Shown piece by piece: positions 18,245-27,818 of a stretch of DNA of 64,000 nucleotides. Position 1 is the first letter of the stretch, and each line of letters starts with the position of its first letter. Below the pieces are notes generated by a model that saw nothing but the letters and a program-made list of their open reading frames with translations, was not told where the DNA came from and ran no database searches. A program made the position numbers and the translations under genes. The DNA comes from an uncultured Actinomycetota bacterium. GTDB lineage: Bacteria; Actinomycetota; Actinomycetes; Mycobacteriales; CAVVZQ01. The stretch covers positions 139,542 through 203,541 of the forward strand of contig CAVVZQ010000002.1 in assembly GCA_963752715.1 (NCBI GenBank), in the 5' to 3' direction.

Positions 18245-18742
18245 CTAGAGGTTGAGAGTTAGCCCGGGTTGTTCGCTGCCACCAGCGAAGTCGTCGGGCG
18301 AGATGTTGTCCAGGAACTCCCGGAACTTCTCGACCTCGTCCTCCTGCTCGTCGGGTACCACGATGCCTGCCTCCTCCAGGACCTCCTCCGCCCCGTACAC
18401 GGTCGAACCGGTCCGCAGCGCCAGTGCGATCGCGTCGGACGGCCGGGCGCTGACGCGGGCACCGTTCGACAGCACCAGGTCGGCGTAGAAGACCCCGTCG
18501 CTCAGCTCGGTGACCTCGACCGACGTCAGCTCCACGGACAGCGCGTTGAGAACGTCCCGCAGCAGGTCGTGGGTCATCGGACGGGGTGGCTGGACGCCCT
18601 GCTGCTCGAAGGCGATGGCGGTCGCCTCGGCGGTACCCACCCAGATCGGCAGGTAGCGGTCCCCGTCGACCTCCCGGAGCAGCACGATGGGTTGGCTGGT
18701 CGGGAGCTCCAGGCGGACTCCGACCACCTGCAATTCCTTCAT
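18245..18742 (-). CDS. bifunctional nuclease family protein (Rv1829-like)
   Basis: MKELQVVGVRLELPTSQPIVLLREVDGDRYLPIWVGTAEATAIA...THDLL is typical of the family. ATG 18740-18742. Confidence 0.8.
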   Translation of the reverse strand: MKELQVVGVRLELPTSQPIVLLREVDGDRYLPIWVGTAEATAIAFEQQGVQPPRPMTHDLLRDVLNALSVELTSVEVTELSDGVFYADLVLSNGARVSARPSDAIALALRTGSTVYGAEEVLEEAGIVVPDEQEDEVEKFREFLDNISPDDFAGGSEQPGLTLNL

Positions 18743-18813
18743 CGGACCTCCCCGGTCGCCCGTCGCCGACCTGACCGCGTACGGACCAGGGCCGCTGGTG
18801 CGTAGGGGCAGTG

Positions 18814-19755
18814 TCAGTTGCCATCCATCATGCGCCGCAGACCGTTGCGGACCAACCCGGCGTGCAGCCGGACGAAGTACGAGGCCAGCTCCGCGGCCGC
18901 CTCTTCGCCGCGGGCCCGGGCGTCGGGGTCCCGTCCCCGCAGAATCGGTGTCACGACCTGCGCGCACAGATCCACCTCGCGATCGGCGGCGTTGCGGAAC
19001 CGGGCCAGGTGGCGACCGCTGATGTCCCCGAACCGCGAGAGCTCGGCGACGATCTTCGCCGTCTCCAGCGCCTCGGTGTCGAAGTGGCCGTTGCGCGCCT
19101 CCACAAGCCCGAAGGTCTCGAGCTCGCGGAGCTGGGGGTCCGACAGCCCGCTCTCGCGCAGCATCTCGGGTCGAGACAGCCGCAGGTCCGTGGAGCGCGC
19201 CTGCAGCTGCTCGGCGGAGGGCACGTTCTCGTCGGCCTCCCGGCGTTCGGGCAGCCGGGGCTCGCCGACCAGCAGAGGCGGCTCGAAGCCGCGGTCCATC
19301 GACTCCAGATGGCTGCGGATGACCTTCAGCGGCAGGTAGTGCTCTCGCTGCGCGCGGAGCACGTAGCGCAGGCGCTCCACGTCCGAGCGGCTGAACTTGC
19401 GGTAGTTGGAGTCCGTGCGCTTGGGCGTCACCAGGCCCTCGGACTCCAGGTAGCGCACCTTGGAGATGGTGATGTCGGGAAACTCCTCCTTGAGCATCTG
19501 CATGACCTGTCCGATGGACAGGTAGGCGTGGGGCTCAGGTGCCTGCGGGGCCGACCGCGGGGGCGACGTCGAGGCCGACTGGGCAGGCGGCGACGTTGCG
19601 GTCGCGGCCCCCGCCGGCGATGTCACGGCGGTGCCTCCACCCGGCCCGGACGGGCTGCGGCGCTGCGCAGGAGGCGACGCGGGCTCGACATCCGCCGCGT
19701 GGTCCTCCTCCGTCCGCAGGGCCTGCGCCCGAGCTGCTCCGCCCGCAGTACTCAT
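18814..19755 (-). CDS. MerR family regulator (FtsR/Rv1828-like)
   Basis: LSIGQVMQMLKEEFPDITISKVRYLESEGLV..RKFSRSDVERLRYVLRAQREHYLPLKVIR. ATG overlaps the garA stop (ATGA). Confidence 0.8.
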   Translation of the reverse strand: MSTAGGAARAQALRTEEDHAADVEPASPPAQRRSPSGPGGGTAVTSPAGAATATSPPAQSASTSPPRSAPQAPEPHAYLSIGQVMQMLKEEFPDITISKVRYLESEGLVTPKRTDSNYRKFSRSDVERLRYVLRAQREHYLPLKVIRSHLESMDRGFEPPLLVGEPRLPERREADENVPSAEQLQARSTDLRLSRPEMLRESGLSDPQLRELETFGLVEARNGHFDTEALETAKIVAELSRFGDISGRHLARFRNAADREVDLCAQVVTPILRGRDPDARARGEEAAAELASYFVRLHAGLVRNGLRRMMDGN

Positions 19756-20189
19756 CCGGTCCCCCCGGTCAGGAACACGAGCCGGTACTTGCCGATCTGG
19801 ACCTCATCGCCGCTGGCGAGGGACGCGGAGTCGACGGGATCGCGATTGAGGTAGGTGCCGTTGAGGCTCCCCAGGTCGCGCACGTGCCAGGTGTTCCCCT
19901 GCCGGAAGAACTCCGCGTGACGCCGCGACACGGTGATGTCGTCGAGGAAGATGTCGCTGTCCGGGTGCCGTCCGGCAGTGACAGTCGCCTCTTCGAGCAG
20001 ATACCTGCTGCCCGCCGTGGGGCCGCGCTTGACGACGAGGAGCGCGGAGCCCGCTGTGAGGCCTTCGGGGCTGACCGCCTCCTCGCCGACGGATTCCGCC
20101 TCGCCTTCCGCGGGCACGCGATACACGCCGGTGGTCATGTCTCCGACTGGACGCTGTGCAGCGCCCTCCGAGTCGCCAGGCAAGGTCAT
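19752..20189 (-). CDS. garA: FHA-domain regulator GarA/OdhI
   Basis: N-terminal Thr-Thr motif (DMTTGVYR), then FHA domain: LVVKRGPTAGSRYLL..VTAGRHPDSDIFLDDITVSRRHAEF..LGSLNGTYLN. Confidence 0.85.
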   Translation of the reverse strand: MTLPGDSEGAAQRPVGDMTTGVYRVPAEGEAESVGEEAVSPEGLTAGSALLVVKRGPTAGSRYLLEEATVTAGRHPDSDIFLDDITVSRRHAEFFRQGNTWHVRDLGSLNGTYLNRDPVDSASLASGDEVQIGKYRLVFLTGGTG

Positions 20190-20277
20190 GGGCGCAGCCT
20201 AGTAGTGCGTGGGAAGCAGGGTCAATGCGGACTCCAGGGTTGTCTGTCGGGTCGTCCGACAGGACGGGCTGCGCGGC

Positions 20278-20679
20278 TCAGGCCTCGGCGGAGGCGACGA
20301 GGTCCCGATACCCTGCCGCGTCGAGCAGGGTCTCGAGCGCTGAGGGTTCCTCAGGTCGCAGCTCGACCAGCCAGCCCTCGTCGTACGGGGAGGTGTTGAC
20401 CGACTCGGGGTGGCTTCCGAGCGTCTGGTTGCGCGCCACCACCTCGCCGGAGACCGGCGCGAACACGTCGGCCACGCTCTTGGTCGACTCGACCTCGCCC
20501 ATCGGCTCCCCCGCACGCACGTGGGTCGCGATCTCCGGCACGGAGACGTAGACCACATCTCCGAGGGACTGCTGCGCGTAGTCGGTGATTCCGACGACGA
20601 CAGTGCCCTCAGCCGTGGCACGCACCCACTCGTGCTCGGAGGTGTACCGCAGGTCCTCGGGTATGTTCTGGCTGCCCAC
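20278..20679 (-). CDS. gcvH: glycine cleavage system H protein
   Basis: LRYTSEHEWV...GITDYAQQSLGDVVYV..VESTKSVADVFAPVSGEV (lipoyl-Lys motif). GTG start. Confidence 0.9.
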   Translation of the reverse strand: MGSQNIPEDLRYTSEHEWVRATAEGTVVVGITDYAQQSLGDVVYVSVPEIATHVRAGEPMGEVESTKSVADVFAPVSGEVVARNQTLGSHPESVNTSPYDEGWLVELRPEEPSALETLLDAAGYRDLVASAEA

Positions 20680-20794
20680 CGGCTGACCCTAACCGGTGCG
20701 GGGGCCGCCGGCAGCAACTCGCGGGGCACCGGGACCGGCGCCTCAGACAGAACGGGCGCCTCAGGGCAGGAGAGGTGGGTCAGCGAGAACAGCG

Positions 20795-21439
20795 CTACGG
20801 CGACTTTGCCGGGGCGGGTGCCGGTGATCCCAGAACCCGCACGATCTGCGTGGCGTAGAGGATGCCCGACCACACGTAGAGGCCCGTGCCCCAGATCGCG
20901 AACGCCCAGCCGGTGATGAGGCCCAGCGTCCCCACCCAGCCCTCGAACGCCTCTCCGATGAGCAGCAGCGGGAACGCGTAGAGCAGGTCGAAGGTGGCCA
21001 CCTTGCCCAGGAAGTGGACCTCGGGAGGGCCGTACCCCTTGCGCCGCAGCAGCGCGATGAGCACCGCCATGATGAGGTCACGGCCGACCAGGATCGCCAC
21101 CAGCCACCAGGGGATGATCTCCCGGATCGCGAACGCGATGATCGTGGCCGCGATGTAGAGCCGGTCGGCTATCGGGTCGAGCAGCTGGCCGAGTCTGGTG
21201 ATCTGGTTCCACTTGCGGGCCAGGTACCCGTCCAGCCAGTCGGTGAAGCCGCTGATGAACAGGATGACCAGGGCCGTCATGTCGGCCCAGGTCTCGTCGA
21301 GCAGCAGCAGCACGAAGAAGACCGGGACCAGCGCCACGCGCAGGAAGGAGATGAGGTTGGGCACGGTCAGCACCCGGTCCGTCGTGGGCTCGAGTCCTAC
21401 CGGCGCATCACTCACGCTGCGCAGCCTACCGAGTCTCAC
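20795..21439 (-). CDS. pgsA: CDP-alcohol phosphatidyltransferase (PgsA-like)
   Basis: VPNLISFLRV..., DWLDGYLARKWNQITRLGQLLDPIADR (DGx2ARx8Gx3Dx3D). GTG start 21439 or 21415. Confidence 0.8.
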   Translation of the reverse strand: MRLGRLRSVSDAPVGLEPTTDRVLTVPNLISFLRVALVPVFFVLLLLDETWADMTALVILFISGFTDWLDGYLARKWNQITRLGQLLDPIADRLYIAATIIAFAIREIIPWWLVAILVGRDLIMAVLIALLRRKGYGPPEVHFLGKVATFDLLYAFPLLLIGEAFEGWVGTLGLITGWAFAIWGTGLYVWSGILYATQIVRVLGSPAPAPAKSP

Positions 21440-22646
21440 CTCGGGTACGGGTCGGCAGCCAGGACGGCACGCGCCGAGAGGGTCGCGACGGGCGGCCCAG
21501 GATGCGGTCGGCGATGGGTTCGGAAAAGCGCGTCAGCACCGGGCCGAACACGGCAAGCAGGATCACGTACGTCGTGGTGAGCGGTCCCAGGACGGCCTGA
21601 GCACCGGCTGCGATCGCCAGGGTCGCGATGACGATCGAGAATTCGCCCCGCGCCACGAGCGCGGTACCGGCACGCACCCGGCCTCGCACGCCGACTCCCG
21701 CCCGCGCTGCCGCGTACCAGCCGGTGACCAGCTTCGTCGCGGCGGTGATCAGGCCCAGCAGCGCCGCCCACCCGATCACGCCCGGAATCTCCGAGACATC
21801 CGTACCCAGCCCGATGGCCACGAAGAACAGGGCGGCGAAGAGGTCCCGGAGCGGCTCCATCAGTACCAGCGTGCGCTCGGCGACGTCGCCGGAGAGGGCG
21901 ATGCCGACCAGGAAGGCGGCCACCGCGGCCGAGAGGTGCACCGCCTCCGCCAGGCCTGCCACCAGTACCGTCAGGCCGAGAACGGTGAGGAGTACGACTT
22001 CTCCGCTGCGGTCGTAGATCGCAGCGGACAGCGTTTCGCCGTAGCGTCGGGCGACGACCAGTGCCAAGGTGATCAGCACCGCCGATACCAGCAGTCCTGT
22101 CACCAGGTCCAGCCCCGAGCCCCCGACCAGCAGCGCGGTCAGGAGGGGCAGGTAGGCGGCCATCGCCAGATCCTCGATGACCAGGACCGACAGGATGGCC
22201 GGCGTCTCGCGGTTAGCGACCCGGCCGAGCTCCACGAGCAGCTTCGACACCACCCCGGAGGAGGAGATATAGGTGATGCCGGCCAGCGCCAGTGCGGTCA
22301 CGAACCCCCATCCCGCCACCAGCCCGAAGACCAGTCCGGGAGTCGCGTTGAGCACGATGTCCACCACACCGGAGGGGTAGTCGCGGCGCAGCCCGGTGAA
22401 CAGCTCCTCCTGCGTGTACTCCAGACCCAGCATGAACAGCAGGAGGATGACGCCGAGCGAGGCGCCGAACTCGGTGAAGTTCTCGATGTCCTCACCCAGC
22501 GAGAACGGAAAGCCAGCCCCCACCAGTAGGCCACCGAGCAGGTAGAAGGGGATCGCCGAGAGCCCGATCCGACCGGCCAGCCGCCCCAGCAGGCTGAGGA
22601 TCAGGATGAGCGCGCCGAACTCGATGAGGAAGACCGCCTCGGTCAC
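21426..22646 (-). CDS. cation:proton antiporter (CPA2/Kef-type)
   Basis: 406 aa, about 12 TM. N-terminus FLIEFGALILILSLLGRLAGRIGLSAIPFYLLGGLLVG is typical of Na+/H+ exchanger family proteins. Confidence 0.85.
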   Translation of the reverse strand: MTEAVFLIEFGALILILSLLGRLAGRIGLSAIPFYLLGGLLVGAGFPFSLGEDIENFTEFGASLGVILLLFMLGLEYTQEELFTGLRRDYPSGVVDIVLNATPGLVFGLVAGWGFVTALALAGITYISSSGVVSKLLVELGRVANRETPAILSVLVIEDLAMAAYLPLLTALLVGGSGLDLVTGLLVSAVLITLALVVARRYGETLSAAIYDRSGEVVLLTVLGLTVLVAGLAEAVHLSAAVAAFLVGIALSGDVAERTLVLMEPLRDLFAALFFVAIGLGTDVSEIPGVIGWAALLGLITAATKLVTGWYAAARAGVGVRGRVRAGTALVARGEFSIVIATLAIAAGAQAVLGPLTTTYVILLAVFGPVLTRFSEPIADRILGRPSRPSRRVPSWLPTRTRGETR

Positions 22647-22696
22647 GGCTCATCACATCCAGCCGGGGCGGCTCGCCCGGCGATCGGGGGGATGCA

Positions 22697-23233
22697 TCAG
22701 TCGCTGTCCTTCGGCGGTCCGAGGACTCCTGTCGTCAGAAGCAGCTCGAGCCGGTCCGCGGCGGTGCCGGTCCCGACGGCGACCACGACGTCTCCCGGCT
22801 CGAACTGGAACGTGGGCTCCGGGGAGGCGTGCACCGTCGTGCCGCGTACGACGGCCACGACGGAGCAGCCGGTCACCGTACGGGCGTGCGTCTCCCCCAG
22901 CGTGGTGTTGGCGTACGGGGACTCCGGCGGCATCACGATCTGGCGCGTGGTCAGACCCGCCACCGAGCGGTGCATGTCCGCGAGGTGCTCCACGATCCGG
23001 GGGGCGCCCAGAATCTCGGCGATGGCGTTCGCCTCTGATCCCACCAGCGGGATCAGAGCCTCGCACGCGTCGGGGTCCTCCGCGCTGTAGAGCGCGACCT
23101 CGCGGCGACCGGACGGATAGGCCATCACCCCCACCCGCCGCCCGTCCTGGAGCTCCAGGTCGTACCGCAGCCCGATGCCGGGCAGCACTGTCGTCTGTAC
23201 GTCGACTGCCGAGGTGTACCGAGGCTTAACCAC
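22697..23233 (-). CDS. antiporter regulatory subunit with TrkA-C domain (KhtT-like)
   Basis: VLPGIGLRYDL..GRRVGV N-terminal domain plus C-terminal TrkA-C pattern (GETHARTVTGCSVVAVVRG..FEPGDVVVAVGT). Directly upstream of the CPA2 gene. Confidence 0.75.
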   Translation of the reverse strand: MVKPRYTSAVDVQTTVLPGIGLRYDLELQDGRRVGVMAYPSGRREVALYSAEDPDACEALIPLVGSEANAIAEILGAPRIVEHLADMHRSVAGLTTRQIVMPPESPYANTTLGETHARTVTGCSVVAVVRGTTVHASPEPTFQFEPGDVVVAVGTGTAADRLELLLTTGVLGPPKDSD

Positions 23234-23394
23234 GCTGCGAGCCTAACGATTGCACCGCCGCCCCCGCCGCCCCCGCCGCACAGGCGCCGTCAGGGCCGGC
23301 GACGGGGCCAGGACGGTGCTGGGACCAGTCCGGTGACGTGGGCAGAGCCGGACCGGCTGCCGCGCGCTGCCTCGCGAGGCCGCTCCGCAGCTCC

Positions 23395-24447
23395 TCAGGC
23401 GGGCGCGATCGAGGAGTCGAGGTAGACGTCCTGAATTGCGTTGAGCAGCTCGACACCCTCCGCTGTGGGCCGCTGGAAGGCTTTCCGCCCGGAGATCAGG
23501 CCGAGCCCCCCGGCCCGCTTGTTGATCACGGCGGTGCGTACCGCCTGCGCCAGGTCGCCGGCTCCGCTGGAGGCCCCGCCGGAGTTGATGACCCCGACCC
23601 GACCCATGAAGCTGTTGGCCACCTGCCACCGGGTGCGGTCGATCGGGTGGTCCCCCGCCAGCTCGGAGTACACCTTCGGATGGGTCTTGCCGAACCCGAC
23701 CGCGGTGTAGCCGCCGTTGTTCGTGGGCTGCTTCTGCTTCACGATGTCGGCCTGGATGGTGGCCCCGATGTGGATGGCCTGCCCGGTCAGGTCGGAGGAT
23801 GTCTCGTAGTTGACCCCGTCGACCGTGAAGGCGGGGTTGCGCAGGTAGCACCACAGCACGGTGAACATGCCGAGCTCGTGGGCGAGCTGAAATGCCTCGC
23901 TGGCCTCCTGGAGCTGTCGGTCGGAGTGTTCCGACCCGAAGTAGACCGTGGCACCGACGCCCGCTGCGCCGAGGTTCCACGCCTCGCGTACCGAGCCGAA
24001 CATGATCTGGTCGTAGGTGGTGGGGTAGGTCAGCAGCTCGTTGTGGTTGATCTTGACCAGGAACGGGATGCGGTGGGCGTAGCGACGCGCGACCGTGCCG
24101 AACGCGCCGAAGGTGGTGGCCACGGCATTGCAGCCGCCCTCGATTGCGAGCTGCACGATGTTCTCGGGGTCGAGGTATGCCGGGTTCGGGGCGAAGGATG
24201 CGCCCGCGGAGTGCTCGATGCCCTGGTCGACCGGGAGGATCGACACGTAGCCGGTCCCAGCCAGCCGGCCGTGGTTGAACAGCGCGTGCAGGTTGCGCAG
24301 TACCTGCGGATTGCGGTCGCTGCCGAGGAACACCCGGTCCACGAAGTCCGGGCCGGGAAGGTGCAGGTCCTCCTTGGGTATTCCGCTGCAGGCGTGACCG
24401 AGAAGGTCCGCGGCGTCCTCTCCCAGTAGCGACGTGATGTCCGTCAT
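23395..24447 (-). CDS. fbaB: class I fructose-bisphosphate aldolase (FbaB/DhnA type)
   Basis: From ATG 24445-24447, [18 protein letters not shown]...[30 protein letters not shown]...DIVKQK...[18 protein letters not shown]...VYLDS is near-colinear with E. coli FbaB as I recall it. Confidence 0.9.
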   Translation of the reverse strand: MTDITSLLGEDAADLLGHACSGIPKEDLHLPGPDFVDRVFLGSDRNPQVLRNLHALFNHGRLAGTGYVSILPVDQGIEHSAGASFAPNPAYLDPENIVQLAIEGGCNAVATTFGAFGTVARRYAHRIPFLVKINHNELLTYPTTYDQIMFGSVREAWNLGAAGVGATVYFGSEHSDRQLQEASEAFQLAHELGMFTVLWCYLRNPAFTVDGVNYETSSDLTGQAIHIGATIQADIVKQKQPTNNGGYTAVGFGKTHPKVYSELAGDHPIDRTRWQVANSFMGRVGVINSGGASSGAGDLAQAVRTAVINKRAGGLGLISGRKAFQRPTAEGVELLNAIQDVYLDSSIAPA

Positions 24448-24622
24448 CGCCCCTCCCCTCGGGGTCAGCCCCGGCGTCCGTGGGCTGACGGGGCGGCCCT
24501 GGGGACGCGCGGCGCGGTCGTGTGCTCTTGGCAACAGCCTATGCCGGATCGGAAGAACGCGAGACGAGAAGTGGTTGCACCTACAACAGCATGCCCTACC
24601 CGACGGATACAAGGAGTCAGTC

Positions 24623-24949
24623 ATGGCCGTGATGCGAGCAGTCTGGAACGGTGCCGTGGTGGCGGAGAGCGACCGTACGGTCTACCTGGAGGGAAACCAC
24701 TACTTCCCATTGGACGCCGTGGACCAGGAGCTGCTTCGGCCGAGCGCGATGAAGACGGTGTGTCCGTGGAAGGGTGTCGCCTCCTACTACGACCTTGTGG
24801 TCGACGGCCGCACCCAGACCGCGGCAGGGTGGGTCTACCGGACGCCCTCCGCCGCCGCTGCCGAGATCGGCGACCACATCGCGTTCTGGAAGGACGTCAC
24901 GGTCGAGGCGGCCGAGTCGGGCAGTCTGTGGAGGCGGCCGAGTCTGTGA
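24623..24949 (+). CDS. DUF427 domain protein
   Basis: [24 protein letters not shown]...[16 protein letters not shown]...AAWVY-like pattern. AAGGAG lies 6 nt upstream of the ATG. Confidence 0.7.
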   Translation: MAVMRAVWNGAVVAESDRTVYLEGNHYFPLDAVDQELLRPSAMKTVCPWKGVASYYDLVVDGRTQTAAGWVYRTPSAAAAEIGDHIAFWKDVTVEAAESGSLWRRPSL

Positions 24950-25107
24950 AGGCAGGAGGGGCGGCCGACAGGGTTCCCGCCTGACCGGCCCAGCGGCAGG
25001 CTCCGTGTCACCTATCCGACGTTGCGCGGCGGTGCAGCCCTGACGACGTGGCACGATGGAGGAGTCTCCGGGGTGTCCGGGGCGCACCACGAGCATGGGA
25101 GTCTGCG

Positions 25108-25338
25108 TTGAACGTTCCGCAGATCAAGGACTTCGACCTGGGCCGGATCAAGGACGAGTACGTCGGGCGGGTCAAGGAAGCGGCCGGTGTCCTCGTCGAC
25201 AACGAGAACCTGCGGCAGGCGGGGCGTCGCGATCAGCAGGCCGCGCGGATCAAGCACGCCTCCACCGAGGTCAAGCGCAAGGTCGACGACGTGACCGACA
25301 AGGTCGTGAAGAAGTCCAAGCAGGCAACGAACAACTGA
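25108..25338 (+). CDS. CsbD-like stress protein
   Basis: GRVKEAAGVLVDNENLRQAGRRDQ.A resembles the CsbD repeat. Proposed TTG start 25108 after GGGAG; the ORF is open from 25048, so the start is uncertain. Confidence 0.5.
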   Translation: MNVPQIKDFDLGRIKDEYVGRVKEAAGVLVDNENLRQAGRRDQQAARIKHASTEVKRKVDDVTDKVVKKSKQATNN

Positions 25339-25424
25339 CATGGTCCGCGGCGACAGCTGACAGCTGTGGCAGTACTCCGCGGAGATGGGCTGCAAGCCTC
25401 GTCGCCGTGGGAACCGAGGTGACG

Positions 25425-25628
25425 ATGAACCCCGACTGCATGATCTGCCAGATGCTCGCCGAGCAGGAGGGGTCCGGTCCCAAGCCGGGGCCCGGCTCGG
25501 TCGACATCCTCACGGCCTTCCAGGACGTGTGGACCGACCCTGAACGGGCCAAGGCGTTCCTCGCTGCCGTTCGCGAGCACATGGCCCACTCAGGGACCGA
25601 CGCGGGGGCTGACGCCGCCGAGAGCTGA
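25425..25628 (+). CDS. hypothetical small protein (67 aa)
   Basis: ATG 25425 after GAGGTG. No recognisable motif; may be non-coding. Confidence 0.3.
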   Translation: MNPDCMICQMLAEQEGSGPKPGPGSVDILTAFQDVWTDPERAKAFLAAVREHMAHSGTDAGADAAES

Positions 25629-25653
25629 GCCGGACACCCCGACCGCGGTTCCC

Positions 25654-26394
25654 TCAGAGGTGCTCGTCCTCACCCGTACGGGTGTAGAGAACGGTATGAC
25701 CCGCGGGTCGCACGTGGCGTGAGCTCCACTCGTAGACGATGGCGGACCCGCTAGGAACCGCCATCTCCGCGAGGTCGGTGTTGTCCAGCGCGGCCGCTCG
25801 GGCCACGATGGCCCGGATGACGTTGGCGTGGGTCACCACGAGCACGCAGCGCGACCGTAGGACGGTGGGCCGGATCACGTCGTACCAGTACGGGATGATC
25901 CGTTCCGCGACGTCGTGCAGCGACTCGCCACGGGGCAGCACATCGGGCGCCAGCCGTCGGTAGGTAGCGGCACCGCTGGTGTCCCACGTGTCCCCCGCCG
26001 GGATCGGCGGCGGTCGCACCTCCAGGGGCCGTGCCCACAGCTCCGCGAGCTCGGGATGGCTGCGGGTATCGCGGTAGTCGTCCTTGGAGCGGCCCTGCAA
26101 GGCTCCGTAGTGACGTTCGTTGAGCCGCCAGGACCGCTCGACGGGGACCCACATCCGATCGCACTGTTCCAGCACGATGCTGGCGGTACGGGTGCTGCGC
26201 AGCAGCACGCTGGTGAACACCGCGTCCGGCAGCAGGCCGTTGCGACGCATCGTCTGCCCGGCCTCCCGGGCCTGCTCCTCGCCTCGGATTGTCAGGCCCA
26301 CGTCCACCCACCCGGTGAACCGCCGCTCGGCGTTCCAGTCAGACTCGCCGTGCCGAACCAGGACCATGCGGTGGGGTGGCTGCGCTGCCGGCAC
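25654..26394 (-). CDS. histidine phosphatase family, divergent GpmA-like phosphoglycerate mutase
   Basis: LVRHGESDWNAERRFTGWVDVGLT and RSWRLNERHYGALQG match dPGM. The second His motif reads VVTHANVIRAI instead of AHGNSLRAL. Confidence 0.8.
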   Translation of the reverse strand: MPAAQPPHRMVLVRHGESDWNAERRFTGWVDVGLTIRGEEQAREAGQTMRRNGLLPDAVFTSVLLRSTRTASIVLEQCDRMWVPVERSWRLNERHYGALQGRSKDDYRDTRSHPELAELWARPLEVRPPPIPAGDTWDTSGAATYRRLAPDVLPRGESLHDVAERIIPYWYDVIRPTVLRSRCVLVVTHANVIRAIVARAAALDNTDLAEMAVPSGSAIVYEWSSRHVRPAGHTVLYTRTGEDEHL

Positions 26395-26416
26395 GGCCGC
26401 AGTCTGTCACGCGCGG

Positions 26417-27307
26417 TCAGAACCCCAGCAGCAGGGCGAGGGTTACCGCGATGGCGTTCTGGAGCGCGTGGGCGATGATCGTGGCGCCCAGGCGTCTCGT
26501 GTGCCAGGCCACGAGTCCGTAGATGACACCGATCGCCGAGAGCGCGAGCAACAGGCTGATCGCACCCAGCCCCAGACCCAGGGAGAAGTGGGCGATGCCG
26601 AACGTGGTGCCCTGGATGAGCAGCGCCGGAAGCAGCGCGAAGCGGGAGCGCATCGCGCGCAGCACCAGTCCTCGGAAGAACATCTCCTCCACGACGGGTG
26701 CGGCCACGGCAGCGGTGGCGAAGAGGGCAATCACCTCGAAGGTGTCGCCGCCTGCGTCGCCGAGGCCCTCGGTGTTACTGCCGACAGGAAGCCCCAGCAG
26801 GCTCGTCGCGATCATGATGGTGAACATGGCGACGTACGCCCCGAGCAGGGCCGCGACCCCCCACGCGGCGTCCGCCCAGCGCCACTGCAGTCCCAGGTCG
26901 GCTCGCAGCGACCCGGTCCCCCACCGCTTGCTGACATACACGCACCACCAGAGCATCGGCCCGTACAGCAGCACCGACCCCGCCAGGAGCGCGAAGCCGC
27001 CCGAGATGTCGACGCCCGCGGAGTCCAGGGCCACGACAGCGATGCCGACGACCAGTCCCACCCCGATGAGCAGCGCCAGCAGCAGGCCCAGCGCGATCCA
27101 CCCGGCTCGCACCGGAAGGGTCGGCTCGGGCTCGCCGGTCGGGAGCGGGGGGATCCCTGGCTGCTGAGGGAACGCCAGCGACACGTGCGGGGTCCAGTCG
27201 AGGCCGCTCCACCACCGGTACGGGGCCTGGGCCCATGGGTCGGGATACCAGCCGGGAGGCGGCGCCAGCGTGGGTAGGTGACTCACAGCTATCAGTGTCC
27301 CCGCCAT
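26417..27307 (-). CDS. CPBP family intramembrane glutamic endopeptidase with N-terminal DUF2510-like segment
   Basis: PPPGWYPDPWAQAPYRWWSGLDWT (DUF2510-like). CPBP motifs EEMFFRG, FGIAHF, HALQNA. Confidence 0.8.
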   Translation of the reverse strand: MAGTLIAVSHLPTLAPPPGWYPDPWAQAPYRWWSGLDWTPHVSLAFPQQPGIPPLPTGEPEPTLPVRAGWIALGLLLALLIGVGLVVGIAVVALDSAGVDISGGFALLAGSVLLYGPMLWWCVYVSKRWGTGSLRADLGLQWRWADAAWGVAALLGAYVAMFTIMIATSLLGLPVGSNTEGLGDAGGDTFEVIALFATAAVAAPVVEEMFFRGLVLRAMRSRFALLPALLIQGTTFGIAHFSLGLGLGAISLLLALSAIGVIYGLVAWHTRRLGATIIAHALQNAIAVTLALLLGF

Positions 27308-27398
27308 CCGTGTTCCCGCTCGGCCCCCGCCGCAGGCACGGCTGCGTGCACGGCTGTCTGCACCGGGTCGGCTGCGCGCGGGACCGGCGCCCTGGGCG

Positions 27399-27785
27399 TC
27401 AGAAGGTGCCGTCCTGACTGGGAGTCAGCAGGACCTTGGACAGGTTGAGCCGCAGCGGGTCGAGACGGAGCAGCCCGGGCGGTTCCGACAGCCGGTCGGA
27501 CAGGGACTCCATCAGGTCGGCGAATGCGGGGGCCCGGCGGTGCTCCTCCCAGGCATCGGAATCCTTGAACCACTCGAACAGCCATACGGTGTCACCGCTG
27601 GATGGATCCAGCGAGATGACGAACGCCTCCGTACCGGGCTCTTCGAAGAGGCGGTCCGCGTAGGAGTGCAGGGCGTCCAGGATGGCCGGGCGGGTGCCGG
27701 ACTGGCAGTTCAGCCGCACCACCAGACCGAGCCGTCCCGGCAGCAGACGCGAGAGGTCTGCGTTCTCCTCGAGCTCGGACGCCAT
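27399..27785 (-). CDS. ABM (antibiotic biosynthesis monooxygenase)-like protein
   Basis: LGLVVRLNCQSG..ILDALHSY....EPGTEAFVISLD..VWLFEWFKDSDAWEEH shows the ferredoxin-like ABM pattern. Confidence 0.5.
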   Translation of the reverse strand: MASELEENADLSRLLPGRLGLVVRLNCQSGTRPAILDALHSYADRLFEEPGTEAFVISLDPSSGDTVWLFEWFKDSDAWEEHRRAPAFADLMESLSDRLSEPPGLLRLDPLRLNLSKVLLTPSQDGTF

Positions 27786-27818
27786 GATCCCAATTCTGCC
27801 CCCGAACGCAGCGGGTCG

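Noticed and set aside
20732-20760. Direct repeat ggcgcctcag x2 between pgsA and gcvH as a regulatory site
   Set aside because: It is only 10 bp x2 with no dyad symmetry or known motif, which is too weak.
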